Source of the DNA: Candidatus Taylorbacteria bacterium RIFCSPLOWO2_01_FULL_48_100
GTDB lineage: Bacteria > Patescibacteriota > Minisyncoccia > Phycocordibacterales > UBA10002
NCBI GenBank assembly: GCA_001821135.1
Contig: MHSA01000001.1
Coordinates: 1 to 47,241 of the forward strand
DNA: 47,241 bases
Direction of reading: 5' to 3'
Positions 1 to 7,584 of the stretch are shown here, in pieces. Below the pieces are notes generated by a model, which worked only from the letters and a program-made list of their open reading frames with translations, searched no databases and had not been told where the DNA came from. Made by a program: the position numbers and the translations under genes. Every line of letters begins with the position of its first letter. Position 1 is the stretch's first letter.

Positions 1-2
1 GA

Positions 3-560
3 ATACAGAACAACACCGGTACAAACAACGGAGCATACAACGGCATCCGCCTACCATCAGGCGACCTAATGTCCGCCAACATCTCTTCTACATTCTCCAA
101 AAACACACTGTTCCCGTACATCATCAACAACACTCTCTCTGTTCCCACAACTGCTACTCTAATTACAGAAGCCGGCTCTGTGTGGAAATTCGGCAATTTC
201 CCCCTCAACATTTCAGGTACCATAGATGTAAACGGCACAACGGGAGACCCCGTTCTATTCACTTCTCTATGGGACGACTCTGACGGCAACGATGTCCACA
301 GTACCGGCTCTACCACTCCACTCCTCCTCCAAAACTCCGGAATATATATGCAACCCAATTCCATCTCCGACTTTCTCAATTCCACCATTCGCTATATGCA
401 CATTGGACTCTCTTACAACACTTCTCCCATCTCTCTTGAAAACATTCTCCTTGAACACAACGACACTGGATTGTCCGCACCGAGCGGGACGACAATTACA
501 AAAGCAATCAATGTGGTGTTTGACGGGAACAATGCGACGAGTACGATACAGTTGCCGTGA
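3..560 (+). CDS. C-terminal fragment of a large Asn/Thr/Ser-rich repeat protein (beta-helix-like secreted or surface protein); 5' end lies outside the window
   Basis: The frame is open from the window edge, with no stop between 3 and the listed ORF start at 69. The stop is at 558-560. N/T/S/G-rich repeats are present (NISGTIDVNGTTGD, NNTLSVP). No specific family was recognised. Confidence 0.5.
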   Translation: MQNNTGTNNGAYNGIRLPSGDLMSANISSTFSKNTLFPYIINNTLSVPTTATLITEAGSVWKFGNFPLNISGTIDVNGTTGDPVLFTSLWDDSDGNDVHSTGSTTPLLLQNSGIYMQPNSISDFLNSTIRYMHIGLSYNTSPISLENILLEHNDTGLSAPSGTTITKAINVVFDGNNATSTIQLP

Positions 561-692
561 GTAAGTAGTCATGCTAGTATATTTCCTAAGGGCTTCAGAG
601 ACAGTGGGAAGCGAAAGCTTTAATATCCGTGAAGGGTCCCGCCGAGAGGTCGAACTCTTTTATAGAGGCCCTGTTAGCACGGGTTCTTTTGT
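561..692 (+). promoter_or_regulatory. Possible structured leader upstream of rplJ (L10-leader-like)
   Basis: A 130-nt non-coding stretch sits directly upstream of rplJ. It contains nested helices (cttca...tgaag enclosing an aagc-GAAA-gctt hairpin) and a T-run before the ATG. This is position and fold only; no family match could be tested. Confidence 0.25.
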
Positions 693-1190
693 ATGGCTAT
701 TACTAAAGACAAAAAGAAAAAGATTGTAGAAAAACTGTCCGATATTTTCGCGAAGGCGCCGAGCGCGGCATTCGTGAAGTTCGGCAAACTTTCAGTGGCG
801 CAGGCGAATGTGCTTCGCCGAGCGTTGAAGGAAAAAGGGGTCGGATATTATGTGGCGAAAAAAACGCTCATTCGCAAGGCGCTTGAGAACAAAAAGACGG
901 CAGGCGAATTGCCCGAGCTCCAAGGCGAAGTGGCGGTTGCATACGCTACCAATGCGGGCGACACGCTCGCGCCGTCGCGCGAGGTCGCACTGTTTACGAA
1001 GAAGTTTGAGAAGGCAATTGAACTTATCGGCGGGATTTTTGAGGGCGCGTTTATTGGGCAAAGTAAAGTGCTTGAGCTTGCGCTCATTCCTTCGCGTCAG
1101 ACGCTTCTCGCGCAGTTTGCGAACCTCGTTAATTCGCCAATTCAGCGGTTCGTGATTGGGCTCAATGAAATTAGCAAAACTAAGAAATAA
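693..1190 (+). CDS. rplJ: 50S ribosomal protein L10
   Basis: 165 aa. The N-terminus [11 protein letters not shown]...[21 protein letters not shown] is typical of L10, and the gene is followed by rplL. Confidence 0.93.
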   Translation: MAITKDKKKKIVEKLSDIFAKAPSAAFVKFGKLSVAQANVLRRALKEKGVGYYVAKKTLIRKALENKKTAGELPELQGEVAVAYATNAGDTLAPSREVALFTKKFEKAIELIGGIFEGAFIGQSKVLELALIPSRQTLLAQFANLVNSPIQRFVIGLNEISKTKK

Positions 1191-1195
1191 AAAAT

Positions 1196-1603
1196 ATGAC
1201 AGAAGAAACAAAACAAGATGGCGACGCGGTTGAGATACCCGCCAAGTTTAAGCAGATTATTGACGCGGTTGAACAGATGTCGGTTGTGGACTTAAACGAG
1301 CTCGTGAGAACGCTTGAAAAAAAGTTTGGCGTGTCGGCAACAGCGGTTGCCGCCGCTCCGGCGGCGGGTGCAGGCGTGCCTGCGGAAGAAAAAACCGCCT
1401 TTACTGTTGAACTCACCGACGGCGGGGCAAACAAAATTGCAGTTATTAAGGTGGTGAAGGAAGCACTCGGTATGGGACTCAAAGACGCAAAAGACCTCGT
1501 AGATGCTGCGCCGAAAGTACTCAAAGAGGGTATGAAGAAAGAAGAAGCGGAAAAGCTCAAGAAAGATGTGGAAGCGGCAGGTGGAAAGGTGGCGCTGAAA
1601 TAA
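1196..1603 (+). CDS. rplL: 50S ribosomal protein L7/L12
   Basis: 135 aa. It has an Ala-rich hinge (AAAPAAGAG) and the C-terminal domain [24 protein letters not shown]...[10 protein letters not shown]. Confidence 0.95.
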   Translation: MTEETKQDGDAVEIPAKFKQIIDAVEQMSVVDLNELVRTLEKKFGVSATAVAAAPAAGAGVPAEEKTAFTVELTDGGANKIAVIKVVKEALGMGLKDAKDLVDAAPKVLKEGMKKEEAEKLKKDVEAAGGKVALK

Positions 1604-1607
1604 ATGG

Positions 1608-1737
1608 ATCCCGTTAGAAGCCACTTCGCTACGGAAACGCTCTAGTTAATAAAATTATGCGCCAAGTATTGTTTACTAGTTTACAAAGCAAGAACACTCG
1701 TACCACAATGCGAAGAGTTTCCTGCTTCTAACGGGAT
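1608..1737. mobile_element. 130-bp miniature inverted-repeat element (TIR ATCCCGTTAGAAG family), copy 1
   Basis: Perfect 14-bp terminal inverted repeats: atcccgttagaagc (1608-1621) and gcttctaacgggat (1724-1737). GG flanks both ends (1606-1607 and 1738-1739). A second helix pairs cttcgc (1624-1629) with gcgaag (1710-1715). The same 13-bp TIR bounds the element at 33931-34000. Confidence 0.55.
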
Positions 1738-2368
1738 GGAAATCCTCGGAAAACTGTTCGGTTCGGAATCTAGGGTTAAAATACTGCGCCTGTTTTTGTT
1801 TAATCAGGGCGCGGCTTTTTGTGCTGAAGAGGTTGCGGAGCGGAGCAAAGCAAATCTCTATGTGGTGAAGCATGAGCTTAAACTTTTGCGGAAAGTCGGC
1901 TTTATCAAGCGCAAGATGTGGAAAAAGCCAGTCACAAAGAAGCGGCGCTCTGCGCTTGCCGACGGCTGGACGCTGGACGAGCGGTTCGCCTACCTTTCTC
2001 CGATGCAGAAACTCCTTCTGGACACCGTATTTATGAGTGATGCGGAAATCTATAGACGGTTTAGCGGGGCGGGTAAAATGAAACTCGTCATCGTCGCGGG
2101 TGTGTTTATACAAAACCTGGAAAGTCGCCTTGACCTTTTGATTGCCGGCGACAACTTAAAGCGGCATGTTGTTGAGCATGTAGTAAAAGGACTTGAAGCA
2201 GAAATCGGGAAAGAGTTGACTTATGCCGCATTTGATATGCAGGAATTGCAGTATCGCGTCGGTATGTATGACCGCCTGCTCCGCGATGTGATGGAAAGCC
2301 CTCACCGCACGCTTTTGGACAAAGTCGGCTTTGAGAAGAAGTTTATTGAAGCGAATAGCAAGAAATAA
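1736..2368 (+). CDS. Winged-helix DNA-binding protein (ArsR/MarR-like N-terminal wHTH); the C-terminal domain has a weak nucleotidyltransferase-like pattern
   Basis: 210 aa. The N-terminus SRVKILRLFLFN...FCAEEVAERSKANLYVVKHELKLLRKVGFIKRK is wHTH-like. The C-terminal AGVF...SRLDLLIAGD weakly resembles the minimal NTase motif. Confidence 0.7.
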   Translation: MEILGKLFGSESRVKILRLFLFNQGAAFCAEEVAERSKANLYVVKHELKLLRKVGFIKRKMWKKPVTKKRRSALADGWTLDERFAYLSPMQKLLLDTVFMSDAEIYRRFSGAGKMKLVIVAGVFIQNLESRLDLLIAGDNLKRHVVEHVVKGLEAEIGKELTYAAFDMQELQYRVGMYDRLLRDVMESPHRTLLDKVGFEKKFIEANSKK

Positions 2369-2407
2369 TAGTCGCTCGGAATGCTGCTTTTGCAGAACCG
2401 GAAAAAT

Positions 2408-2518
2408 CCCCCTCTCGCCCTTTTCTAAAGGGGGAGTACCCGAGCGAAGCGAGGGGGAGGGGGTCGTTTCTGTCGGTACACAACCCCTCCGCCTCGCGGT
2501 TAGGTTAAGGGCAGGAGG
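2408..2518. repeat. GC-rich modular palindromic repeat, copy A (module X then module Y)
   Basis: cctctcgcccttttctaaagggggagtacccgagcgaagcgagggggaggggg ... cccctccgcctcgcgg..ttaggttaagggcaggagg. It is near-identical to 21991-22116, and its modules are shared with 3975-4064. Confidence 0.8.
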
Positions 2519-2530
2519 TGAAAAGAATTA

Positions 2531-2561
2531 AAAACGGCTCAGCGTGCGCTGAGCCGTTTTT
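2531..2561. terminator. Intrinsic terminator hairpin (conserved cggctcagcg...cgctgagccg family), copy 1
   Basis: aaaacggctcagcgtgcgctgagccgttttt: a GC stem with an A-tract before it and a T-tract after it. The same hairpin occurs at 4915, 29717 and 33249. Confidence 0.8.
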
Positions 2562-2588
2562 AGCCCTAGAAATAAGGGGTTTTCGGGC

Positions 2589-2617
2589 TTGACTTCTGTA
2601 ATACAGTATGCTATACT
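2589..2617 (+). promoter_or_regulatory. Near-consensus sigma70-type promoter
   Basis: TTGACT (2589-2594), a 17-nt spacer, then TATACT (2612-2617). A paralogous block is at 33311-33339. Confidence 0.55.
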
Positions 2618-2728
2618 GGAAAGTAGAAAAATAAAGTTCCTTGAGTGAAGTTCTTCACAGCGTTGATTGAGATGTGTGTCTCGCAGCTGTGAGGAAAAAA
2701 TGTGAGGAAAACAATCAACCCAAAAATA

Positions 2729-3688
2729 TCATGAATATTTGTACATTTTTCAAGCGTTGGTAACACTTTTCTTTAATTCTCGTAATTCCAGTTTGGTCCG
2801 TTGAATGTAGTCTTCAAGACAGGCAAAGGGCGATAAACCGTTCAATGACTGATGCGGTCGCAGGTGGTTGTAGTAGCGAACGATGGCGTAGAGAATCCGT
2901 CTTCGTTCTTCCCGCGAGATGAAGTGATGTTTCCGGAGCAGTCCTTTAATTGTCTTAATCACTCGTTCTGCTTTTCCGTTTGTCTGTGGACGGTATGGCC
3001 TTGTGAACTGCTGTGGAATGGAGTGGTGTGCGCACAGATGCTTAAACGCTCCCTTAAACTCTTTACCGTTGTCCGAATAGATGCACTCAATGGAGAACGG
3101 AAGCATAGTCAGCGCTTCATCAAGCACAATCGCTGCGCTGTAACTCGTTTGGTCGGGTAGGATGTCGGCAAACAGCGTGCGTGAGAAATCGTCAATGAAT
3201 ACATACAGATATTCCTTCGGTGTCGTGATGGCCTCGCCGGGAACGAGCGGCATAACTGACGAGTCAGTATGTACCATTTCGCCTGGGTGTTTCTTTACAT
3301 ATCGGTTTTCCCGTAATTCTCGCTTGAGTAGTTTCTTGCGTATTTTGCGCTCCGTCTTTTCTAGTTTCTTGAGCCCGTATTCAATAGTTCTGTACCGTAG
3401 GTTTTTGGACGAATAGTTTCCGAATACATCCAACTTGGCTTTATGGAACACTTCGTAGAGCGTCTTTCTAGATACGCGGTAATATCTTGCTAAATCCGAT
3501 ACACGATCTCCTCCCCGCCAGCGCCTATACGCTTCCTGTCGCTGGTACGGCAACAATTTGGTATTCTTATGCATACAAAAGGTGCGTTAACGATTAATGG
3601 TTTGAACACCGAAATCGTAGCGCACCTTTTGCCTTTTCAAAGAACTAATGTGTTACTAACCCGTAGTATATGTACAGAATATTCTGAC
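2729..3688 (-). mobile_element. IS481-family insertion sequence (about 960 bp)
   Basis: A single HTH plus rve (DDE) transposase ORF. Imperfect terminal inverted repeats: tcatgaatatttgtacat (2729-2746) versus atgtacagaatattctga (3670-3688), about 17 matches with 2 indels. A 5'UTR hairpin pairs aaaggtgcg with cgcaccttt (3578-3632). No clear target-site duplication was seen. Confidence 0.55.
2750..3574 (-). CDS. IS481-family transposase (integrase core / rve domain)
   Basis: 274 aa. It has an N-terminal HTH (DLARYYRVSRKTLYEVF) and a DDE core (HTD...FIDDFSR...YSDNGKEF...RPYRPQTNGKAERVIKTIK...YNHLRPHQSL). Confidence 0.9.
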   Translation of the reverse strand: MHKNTKLLPYQRQEAYRRWRGGDRVSDLARYYRVSRKTLYEVFHKAKLDVFGNYSSKNLRYRTIEYGLKKLEKTERKIRKKLLKRELRENRYVKKHPGEMVHTDSSVMPLVPGEAITTPKEYLYVFIDDFSRTLFADILPDQTSYSAAIVLDEALTMLPFSIECIYSDNGKEFKGAFKHLCAHHSIPQQFTRPYRPQTNGKAERVIKTIKGLLRKHHFISREERRRILYAIVRYYNHLRPHQSLNGLSPFACLEDYIQRTKLELRELKKSVTNA

Positions 3689-3966
3689 AGAAAACGACTG
3701 TAGTGGTAAAGTCCTGTTTACAGAAGTCGTGTGCCCGTCCTGCGGGACTGGAACACCCGCATGGGTGAGCCAGTACGGATACGGCAAGTGTGTCCACGGG
3801 CACGATGTTGTGCCTGATGGAAAAGGGGGGATCACCGTATCCCACATACCAAGTAGCAGGGAAAACTCATCCCTGCACCCAAACCATAGGCACTTTTCTT
3901 GTCAGTAAGGAGTAAGGAAAAGTCCAGGTTTGGACCCTCGCTGGAAACAGCGAGGGTTTTTGTTTG
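3689..3966 (+). ncRNA. Candidate structured non-coding RNA of unknown class (3' part of the promoter/terminator-bracketed locus 2589-3966)
   Basis: There is no credible ORF. Nested helices are visible: 3694-3702/3719-3730; 3731-3738/3796-3803 enclosing 3739-3746/3756-3764; and 3810-3820/3884-3893 enclosing 3828-3832/3839-3843 and 3856-3862/3870-3876. The locus ends in a GAAA-tetraloop terminator. Its ends are paralogous to 33286-33450. Confidence 0.4.
3935..3966 (+). terminator. Intrinsic terminator (GAAA tetraloop)
   Basis: ccctcgctg-gaaa-cagcgaggg followed by tttttgtttg. A near-identical copy is at 33419-33450. Confidence 0.75.
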
Positions 3967-3974
3967 TAAACATT

Positions 3975-4064
3975 CCCCGCCTCGCGGACTCGGCACCCCC
4001 TTCCAAGGGGGGATTTTAATTCTCCCCTTGAGGGGAGTACTCCGCCGATAGGCGGAGGGAGGGA
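3975..4064. repeat. GC-rich modular palindromic repeat, copy C (modules in permuted order: Y then X-like)
   Basis: ccccgcctcgcggactcggcaccccct matches the second half of copy B. ccccttgaggggagtactccgccgataggcggagggaggg resembles module X. Confidence 0.65.
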
Positions 4065-4112
4065 TGTATTCTTTTTATCCACACCCTGCCCACACCTTTT
4101 CCACAAGGCCAT

Positions 4113-4120
4113 TGTATAAT
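4113..4120 (+). promoter_or_regulatory. Extended -10 promoter element (TGTATAAT) upstream of the membrane protein gene
   Basis: tgtataat lies 83 nt upstream of the ATG at 4203. This rests on the motif only. Confidence 0.3.
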
Positions 4121-4202
4121 AGAAGTATTACCCAAGCGTAATGAACAGGCGGTTTGGTCTTCCGTTTGTTTCAGTTATTATTTATTAATTTAATATATTT
4201 TT

Positions 4203-4889
4203 ATGTTAGACACATGGAGTTCGGTTTTGCAGGGGGCTTTTTCAGACCTCTGGTTTGGCATTGCAAGCTTTTTGCCACAACTCATTCTCGCGGTTGTTAT
4301 TTTCGTAATTGGCTGGGCAGTAGGGAGCTTGCTCGGCAGAGTCGTGTCGCATATTGTTGGCGCGCTCAAGGTTGATTCGCTTTTGGAAAGCGCGCATGTA
4401 GACAATGTCTTGAAGCGTGGCGGGTTCAGCTTGGATTCGGGGCGATTCGTCGGCGGGTTGATAGAGTGGTTCGTCATTGTCGTATTCCTCGTTGCCTCGC
4501 TTGAGGTGCTCGGGTTGACGCAGGTTAACGCGTTTCTTCAGCAAGTGGTGCTTCTCTACTTGCCTCGCGTGATTGTCGCCGTCTTAATTCTCTTGGTCGC
4601 AGTCGTTATTGCGTCTGCGATGCAGCGGGTGGTGGTCGGCGCGGCAAAGGCGGCTGAAATTCGCTCAGCGAATTTCCTCGGGAGCGTTACGAAGTGGTCT
4701 ATTTGGATTTTCGCCGTGCTTATGGCGCTATTCCAACTCGGAATTGCGGCGCCCTTTGTGCAGACGCTCTTTACTGGGGTTGTCGTGGCGCTCTCCATCG
4801 GGTTCGGCCTTGCGTTTGGGCTAGGCGGGCAGGATGCGGCGGCGGGCTTCCTCGCGAAAGTGCGCTCGGAAATCAAGAATCACAACTAA
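4203..4889 (+). CDS. Polytopic membrane protein with repeated conserved-TM-helix units (MscS-N-terminal-like)
   Basis: 228 aa with several hydrophobic helices. There are repeated units of the type FLPQLILAVVIFVIGWAVGSLLGRVV and YLPRVIVAVLILLVAVVIASAMQRVV. Confidence 0.75.
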   Translation: MLDTWSSVLQGAFSDLWFGIASFLPQLILAVVIFVIGWAVGSLLGRVVSHIVGALKVDSLLESAHVDNVLKRGGFSLDSGRFVGGLIEWFVIVVFLVASLEVLGLTQVNAFLQQVVLLYLPRVIVAVLILLVAVVIASAMQRVVVGAAKAAEIRSANFLGSVTKWSIWIFAVLMALFQLGIAAPFVQTLFTGVVVALSIGFGLAFGLGGQDAAAGFLAKVRSEIKNHN

Positions 4890-4914
4890 CTGTTTGATTG
4901 TTGTTTTTCAACAT

Positions 4915-4949
4915 AAAAAACGGCTCAGCGCGCGCTGAGCCGTTTTTTT
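4915..4949. terminator. Bidirectional intrinsic terminator (conserved hairpin family), copy 2
   Basis: aaaaaacggctcagcgcgcgctgagccgttttttt lies between the convergent genes 4203-4889 (+) and rpmB (-). Confidence 0.85.
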
Positions 4950-4971
4950 CTACTAACTATTTCTTTACTAA

Positions 4972-5211
4972 CTAAATAACCCCAGCCTTTTTAAGCGTCA
5001 TGTAGGCGCCGTTCTTTTGTATGGTTTTAAGCCCGCGCGCCGACACTTTAATCGTTACATATTTCTTAAGTTCTGGTACGAAAACGCGCTTCTTTTGCAT
5101 GTTGGGGTAACTCCTGCTTTTACCGCAGGGGTTGTATTGCGTAGCGCGCGTGCGGTTGCTGTACGCCCCGCGCATCATTGACGACTTTTTGGTAATTGCG
5201 CAAAAATTCAT
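4972..5211 (-). CDS. rpmB: 50S ribosomal protein L28
   Basis: 79 aa. It shows the pattern C.ITKK...G...S......R..PN.Q.K......YVTIKVSARGLKTIQKNG. Confidence 0.8.
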   Translation of the reverse strand: MNFCAITKKSSMMRGAYSNRTRATQYNPCGKSRSYPNMQKKRVFVPELKKYVTIKVSARGLKTIQKNGAYMTLKKAGVI

Positions 5212-5253
5212 AGGTAATATATGCTACCATACTCCACATAAAACGCAAAATAT

Positions 5254-5862
5254 ATGGAGCTTGATATTATTTTCTCTATTCTTATTTTGATAATGTCCGT
5301 CGTGGTGCATGAGGTGTCGCACGGGCTTGTCGCCAACTACCTCGGCGACCCAACGGCGCGCCTTGCGGGGCGGCTCTCATTCAACCCGCTCAGACATCTT
5401 GATATTTTCGGCTCAATACTCGTGCCTCTGCTTCTTATTATGTCAAAAGCCGGCATCATTTTCGGATGGGCGAAGCCGGTGCCGGTAAACACATATAATT
5501 TGCGCTGGAAGTACGGAGAAGCACTCGTGTCGGGCGCGGGCCCTGCGTCCAACATTCTTATCGCGCTTGTTTTCGGTTTGCTTTTGCGGTTTTTCGGAAG
5601 CGCCTTGCCGATGTCATTTGTCGCTATTTCGGCGTCCGTCGTGTTTATAAACATCCTCCTCGCGCTTTTCAATCTTGTGCCGATTCCGCCTTTAGACGGC
5701 TCAAAGTTATTGTTTGCGTTTCTACCTTCTGGGTCGGCGTTCGCAGAATTTTTAGAGCGCTACTCACTTTTTATCTTACTCGCGTTCATTTTCTTCTTGT
5801 GGCAGTTTCTCGCACCAGTCGTCGGATTTCTCTTCCGCATTTTTACTGGAATAGGGGCGTAG
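5254..5862 (+). CDS. Site-2 protease family (peptidase M50) membrane metalloprotease
   Basis: 202 aa. It has an HExxH motif ([11 protein letters not shown]) in the first TM helix, a later [11 protein letters not shown] motif, and is polytopic. Confidence 0.85.
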   Translation: MELDIIFSILILIMSVVVHEVSHGLVANYLGDPTARLAGRLSFNPLRHLDIFGSILVPLLLIMSKAGIIFGWAKPVPVNTYNLRWKYGEALVSGAGPASNILIALVFGLLLRFFGSALPMSFVAISASVVFINILLALFNLVPIPPLDGSKLLFAFLPSGSAFAEFLERYSLFILLAFIFFLWQFLAPVVGFLFRIFTGIGA

Positions 5863-5911
5863 GAGTGTGAGGGTTTGCATTTTTGCTTGGATTGTATTAT
5901 ATTTTGCCGAC

Positions 5912-6325
5912 ATGTCTACGATAAATCAGCTTATTCGGCGCGGTCGGAAAGAGCGCGTTCGCAAGAACAAAACGCCCGCGCTTACCAAAAGCTTCAATGT
6001 GCTCCGGAATAAGCCGGTGTTTTTCGATTCGCCTTTTAAGCGCGGTGTGTGCACAAAGGTTACGACCAAGACGCCACGCAAGCCGAACTCCGCTATACGC
6101 AAAATCGCGCGCGTTCGGCTTACAAACGGTATGGAAATTACCGCCTATATTCCGGGAATTGGGCACACCCTGCAAGAGCACTCGGTAGTCCTCGTGCGTG
6201 GTGGGCGTGTGAAGGATGTAAACTTGCGTTATACGATTGTGCGCGGCAAGCTTGACGCCGTGGGTGTGGAGAATCGCCGTAAAGGAAGGAGCCAATACGG
6301 CGTGAAAAAGCCGAAGACGGCTTAA
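5912..6325 (+). CDS. rpsL: 30S ribosomal protein S12
   Basis: The start was chosen at [13 protein letters not shown], inside ORF 5867-6325. Motifs: KRGVCTKV...[19 protein letters not shown]...LVRGGRVKD. Confidence 0.95.
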   Translation: MSTINQLIRRGRKERVRKNKTPALTKSFNVLRNKPVFFDSPFKRGVCTKVTTKTPRKPNSAIRKIARVRLTNGMEITAYIPGIGHTLQEHSVVLVRGGRVKDVNLRYTIVRGKLDAVGVENRRKGRSQYGVKKPKTA

Positions 6326-6331
6326 CGAAGT

Positions 6332-6802
6332 ATGAGACGAAAAATTAAAAACAAAAAAGAGTTGTCGCCAGACGCACAGTATAATTCGCAGAAAGTTGCG
6401 AAGATGGTGAATTATGTAATGGAGCGCGGCAAAAAGGAGGCGGCGCGCAAAATCGTGTACGGCGCGTTCAAGGAAGTGAAAGAAAAAACAAAAAACGACC
6501 ATCCGCTTGAAGTGTTTGAGACAGCGCTGAAAAATGTAACGCCACTTATGGAGGTGCGCTCGCGCCGCGTCGGCGGAGCGAATTACCAAGTGCCAGTGGA
6601 GGTGAGGGCTGAGCGCCGCCAGCTCTTGTCTATGAATTGGATTATTGACGCGGCGCGTGGGAAAAAAGGAAAGCCGATGCATATAAAACTTGCAGACGAA
6701 ATTATTGCGGCGAGCAAGAACGAAGGCGAGGCGGTGAAGAAGCGCGAGAATGTGCACAAAATGGCAGAAGCAAACAAAGCATTTGCGCATTTTGCATGGT
6801 AA
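6332..6802 (+). CDS. rpsG: 30S ribosomal protein S7
   Basis: 156 aa. Motifs: VEVRSRRVGGANYQVPVEVR...KKRENVHKMAEANKAFAHF. Confidence 0.95.
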   Translation: MRRKIKNKKELSPDAQYNSQKVAKMVNYVMERGKKEAARKIVYGAFKEVKEKTKNDHPLEVFETALKNVTPLMEVRSRRVGGANYQVPVEVRAERRQLLSMNWIIDAARGKKGKPMHIKLADEIIAASKNEGEAVKKRENVHKMAEANKAFAHFAW

Positions 6803-6836
6803 GTTGTATGCAGAATCGTTGCAGAAAATAAATACA

Positions 6837-7013
6837 ATGTTAAGTCCATTGGAATATAGTATAGTTGCCATTCTTGCTTTTGTAAGTGTTGCTGTAGTTT
6901 TTCTTTCTTGGGATAAACAGGAGCGTTCGGTCTTAGGTTTTTTGATTTGGTACGGTATTGGTTTCTTGATAATCACCCTTATTTTTTGGTTAACTCGCTA
7001 TATTTTGGGTTAG
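6837..7013 (+). CDS. Small two-TM membrane protein (hypothetical)
   Basis: The internal ATG of ORF 6750-7013 was used, because the upstream part overlaps rpsG. The 58-aa product has two hydrophobic helices. No homology was recognised. Confidence 0.4.
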   Translation: MLSPLEYSIVAILAFVSVAVVFLSWDKQERSVLGFLIWYGIGFLIITLIFWLTRYILG

Positions 7014-7033
7014 TTTTGTGTTACGCTGTCGGT

Positions 7034-7294
7034 ATGAAGATTTTGACTTACAGGGTGCGGATTGAACCTGATGAGGGGGGGCGAGGATACATCGCCTATT
7101 TCCCTGCGCTTCCCGGTTGTCATACGCAAGGACATACTCTTGAAGAAACGATTGCGGCTGCACGAGAAGTGCTTGTCGGGTTTTTGCGTGTGATGAAAAG
7201 GCAAGGCAAGACGATTCCAGTTGAACGAATAAAAAAGTCTCCACTGTCTTTTGGTTTGTCAGTACGCCTATCTCGCAATTCTGTTTTAGCTTAA
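7034..7294 (+). CDS. hicB: HicB-family antitoxin (UPF0150)
   Basis: Start at MKILTYRVRIEPDEGG.GYIAYFPALPGCHTQGHTLEETIAAAREVL, a typical HicB N-terminal domain. hicA follows directly. Confidence 0.8.
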   Translation: MKILTYRVRIEPDEGGRGYIAYFPALPGCHTQGHTLEETIAAAREVLVGFLRVMKRQGKTIPVERIKKSPLSFGLSVRLSRNSVLA

Positions 7295-7300
7295 TGAGCT

Positions 7301-7525
7301 ATGGCGCGGCTTCCAAATCTAAAGACGAAGAAGTTGCTCGCGGTTTTGAAACGGGCGGGTTTTGTGCCATATGACCAAGAAGGAAGTCACTTGTACCTCC
7401 GACATTCACTCACAAAAATAACAACATCGGTTCCTATGCACAGCGGAGAAATCAACCGCAGCTTAATGAAACTTATTATAAAACAAGCAGGACTCTCAGA
7501 GAACGAATTCAGAAAATATCTTTGA
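7301..7525 (+). CDS. hicA: HicA-family mRNA interferase toxin
   Basis: 74 aa. KKLLAVLKRAGFV...QEGSHLYLRH...TTSVPMHSGEI matches the HicA/YcfA pattern. Confidence 0.85.
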   Translation: MARLPNLKTKKLLAVLKRAGFVPYDQEGSHLYLRHSLTKITTSVPMHSGEINRSLMKLIIKQAGLSENEFRKYL

Positions 7526-7584
7526 TTTTGCATTTTTGGTGGTTCTACGGTATTCTCAATTGACGCTTCTGCGTTTTTTAGTTT

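Noticed and set aside
2331-2531. 66-aa ORF reading ...PLSPFSKGGVPERSEGEGV...
   Set aside because: It is the translation of the GC-rich palindromic repeat modules, and the same DNA recurs in non-coding contexts at 21991 and 3975.
3689-3934. Possible RNase P RNA, or a cobalamin or FMN riboswitch
   Set aside because: GGUAAAGUCC (3707) and GGAAAAGUCC (3916) resemble the RNase P CR-I motif. However, no complementary P4 3' strand, no ACAGAA..GGCUUA block and no GUGAAA/GGUAA modules are present. The B12-box-like AGCCAG...GGAUAC..GGC and the RFN-like CGAC.GU..AAAGUC stretches have the wrong spacing and order. The RNA is left as an unknown class.
3645-4112. Minus-strand ORFs of 66, 63 and 81 aa across the structured region and repeat copy C
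   Set aside because: They have no start context, overlap each other in different frames, and are Cys/Pro/Gly-rich translations of hairpin DNA.
5897-6976. 359-aa ORF on the minus strand
   Set aside because: It lies entirely antisense to the well-conserved rpsL and rpsG. It has an Arg/His/Phe-rich, low-complexity composition typical of a shadow frame, and no recognisable domain.
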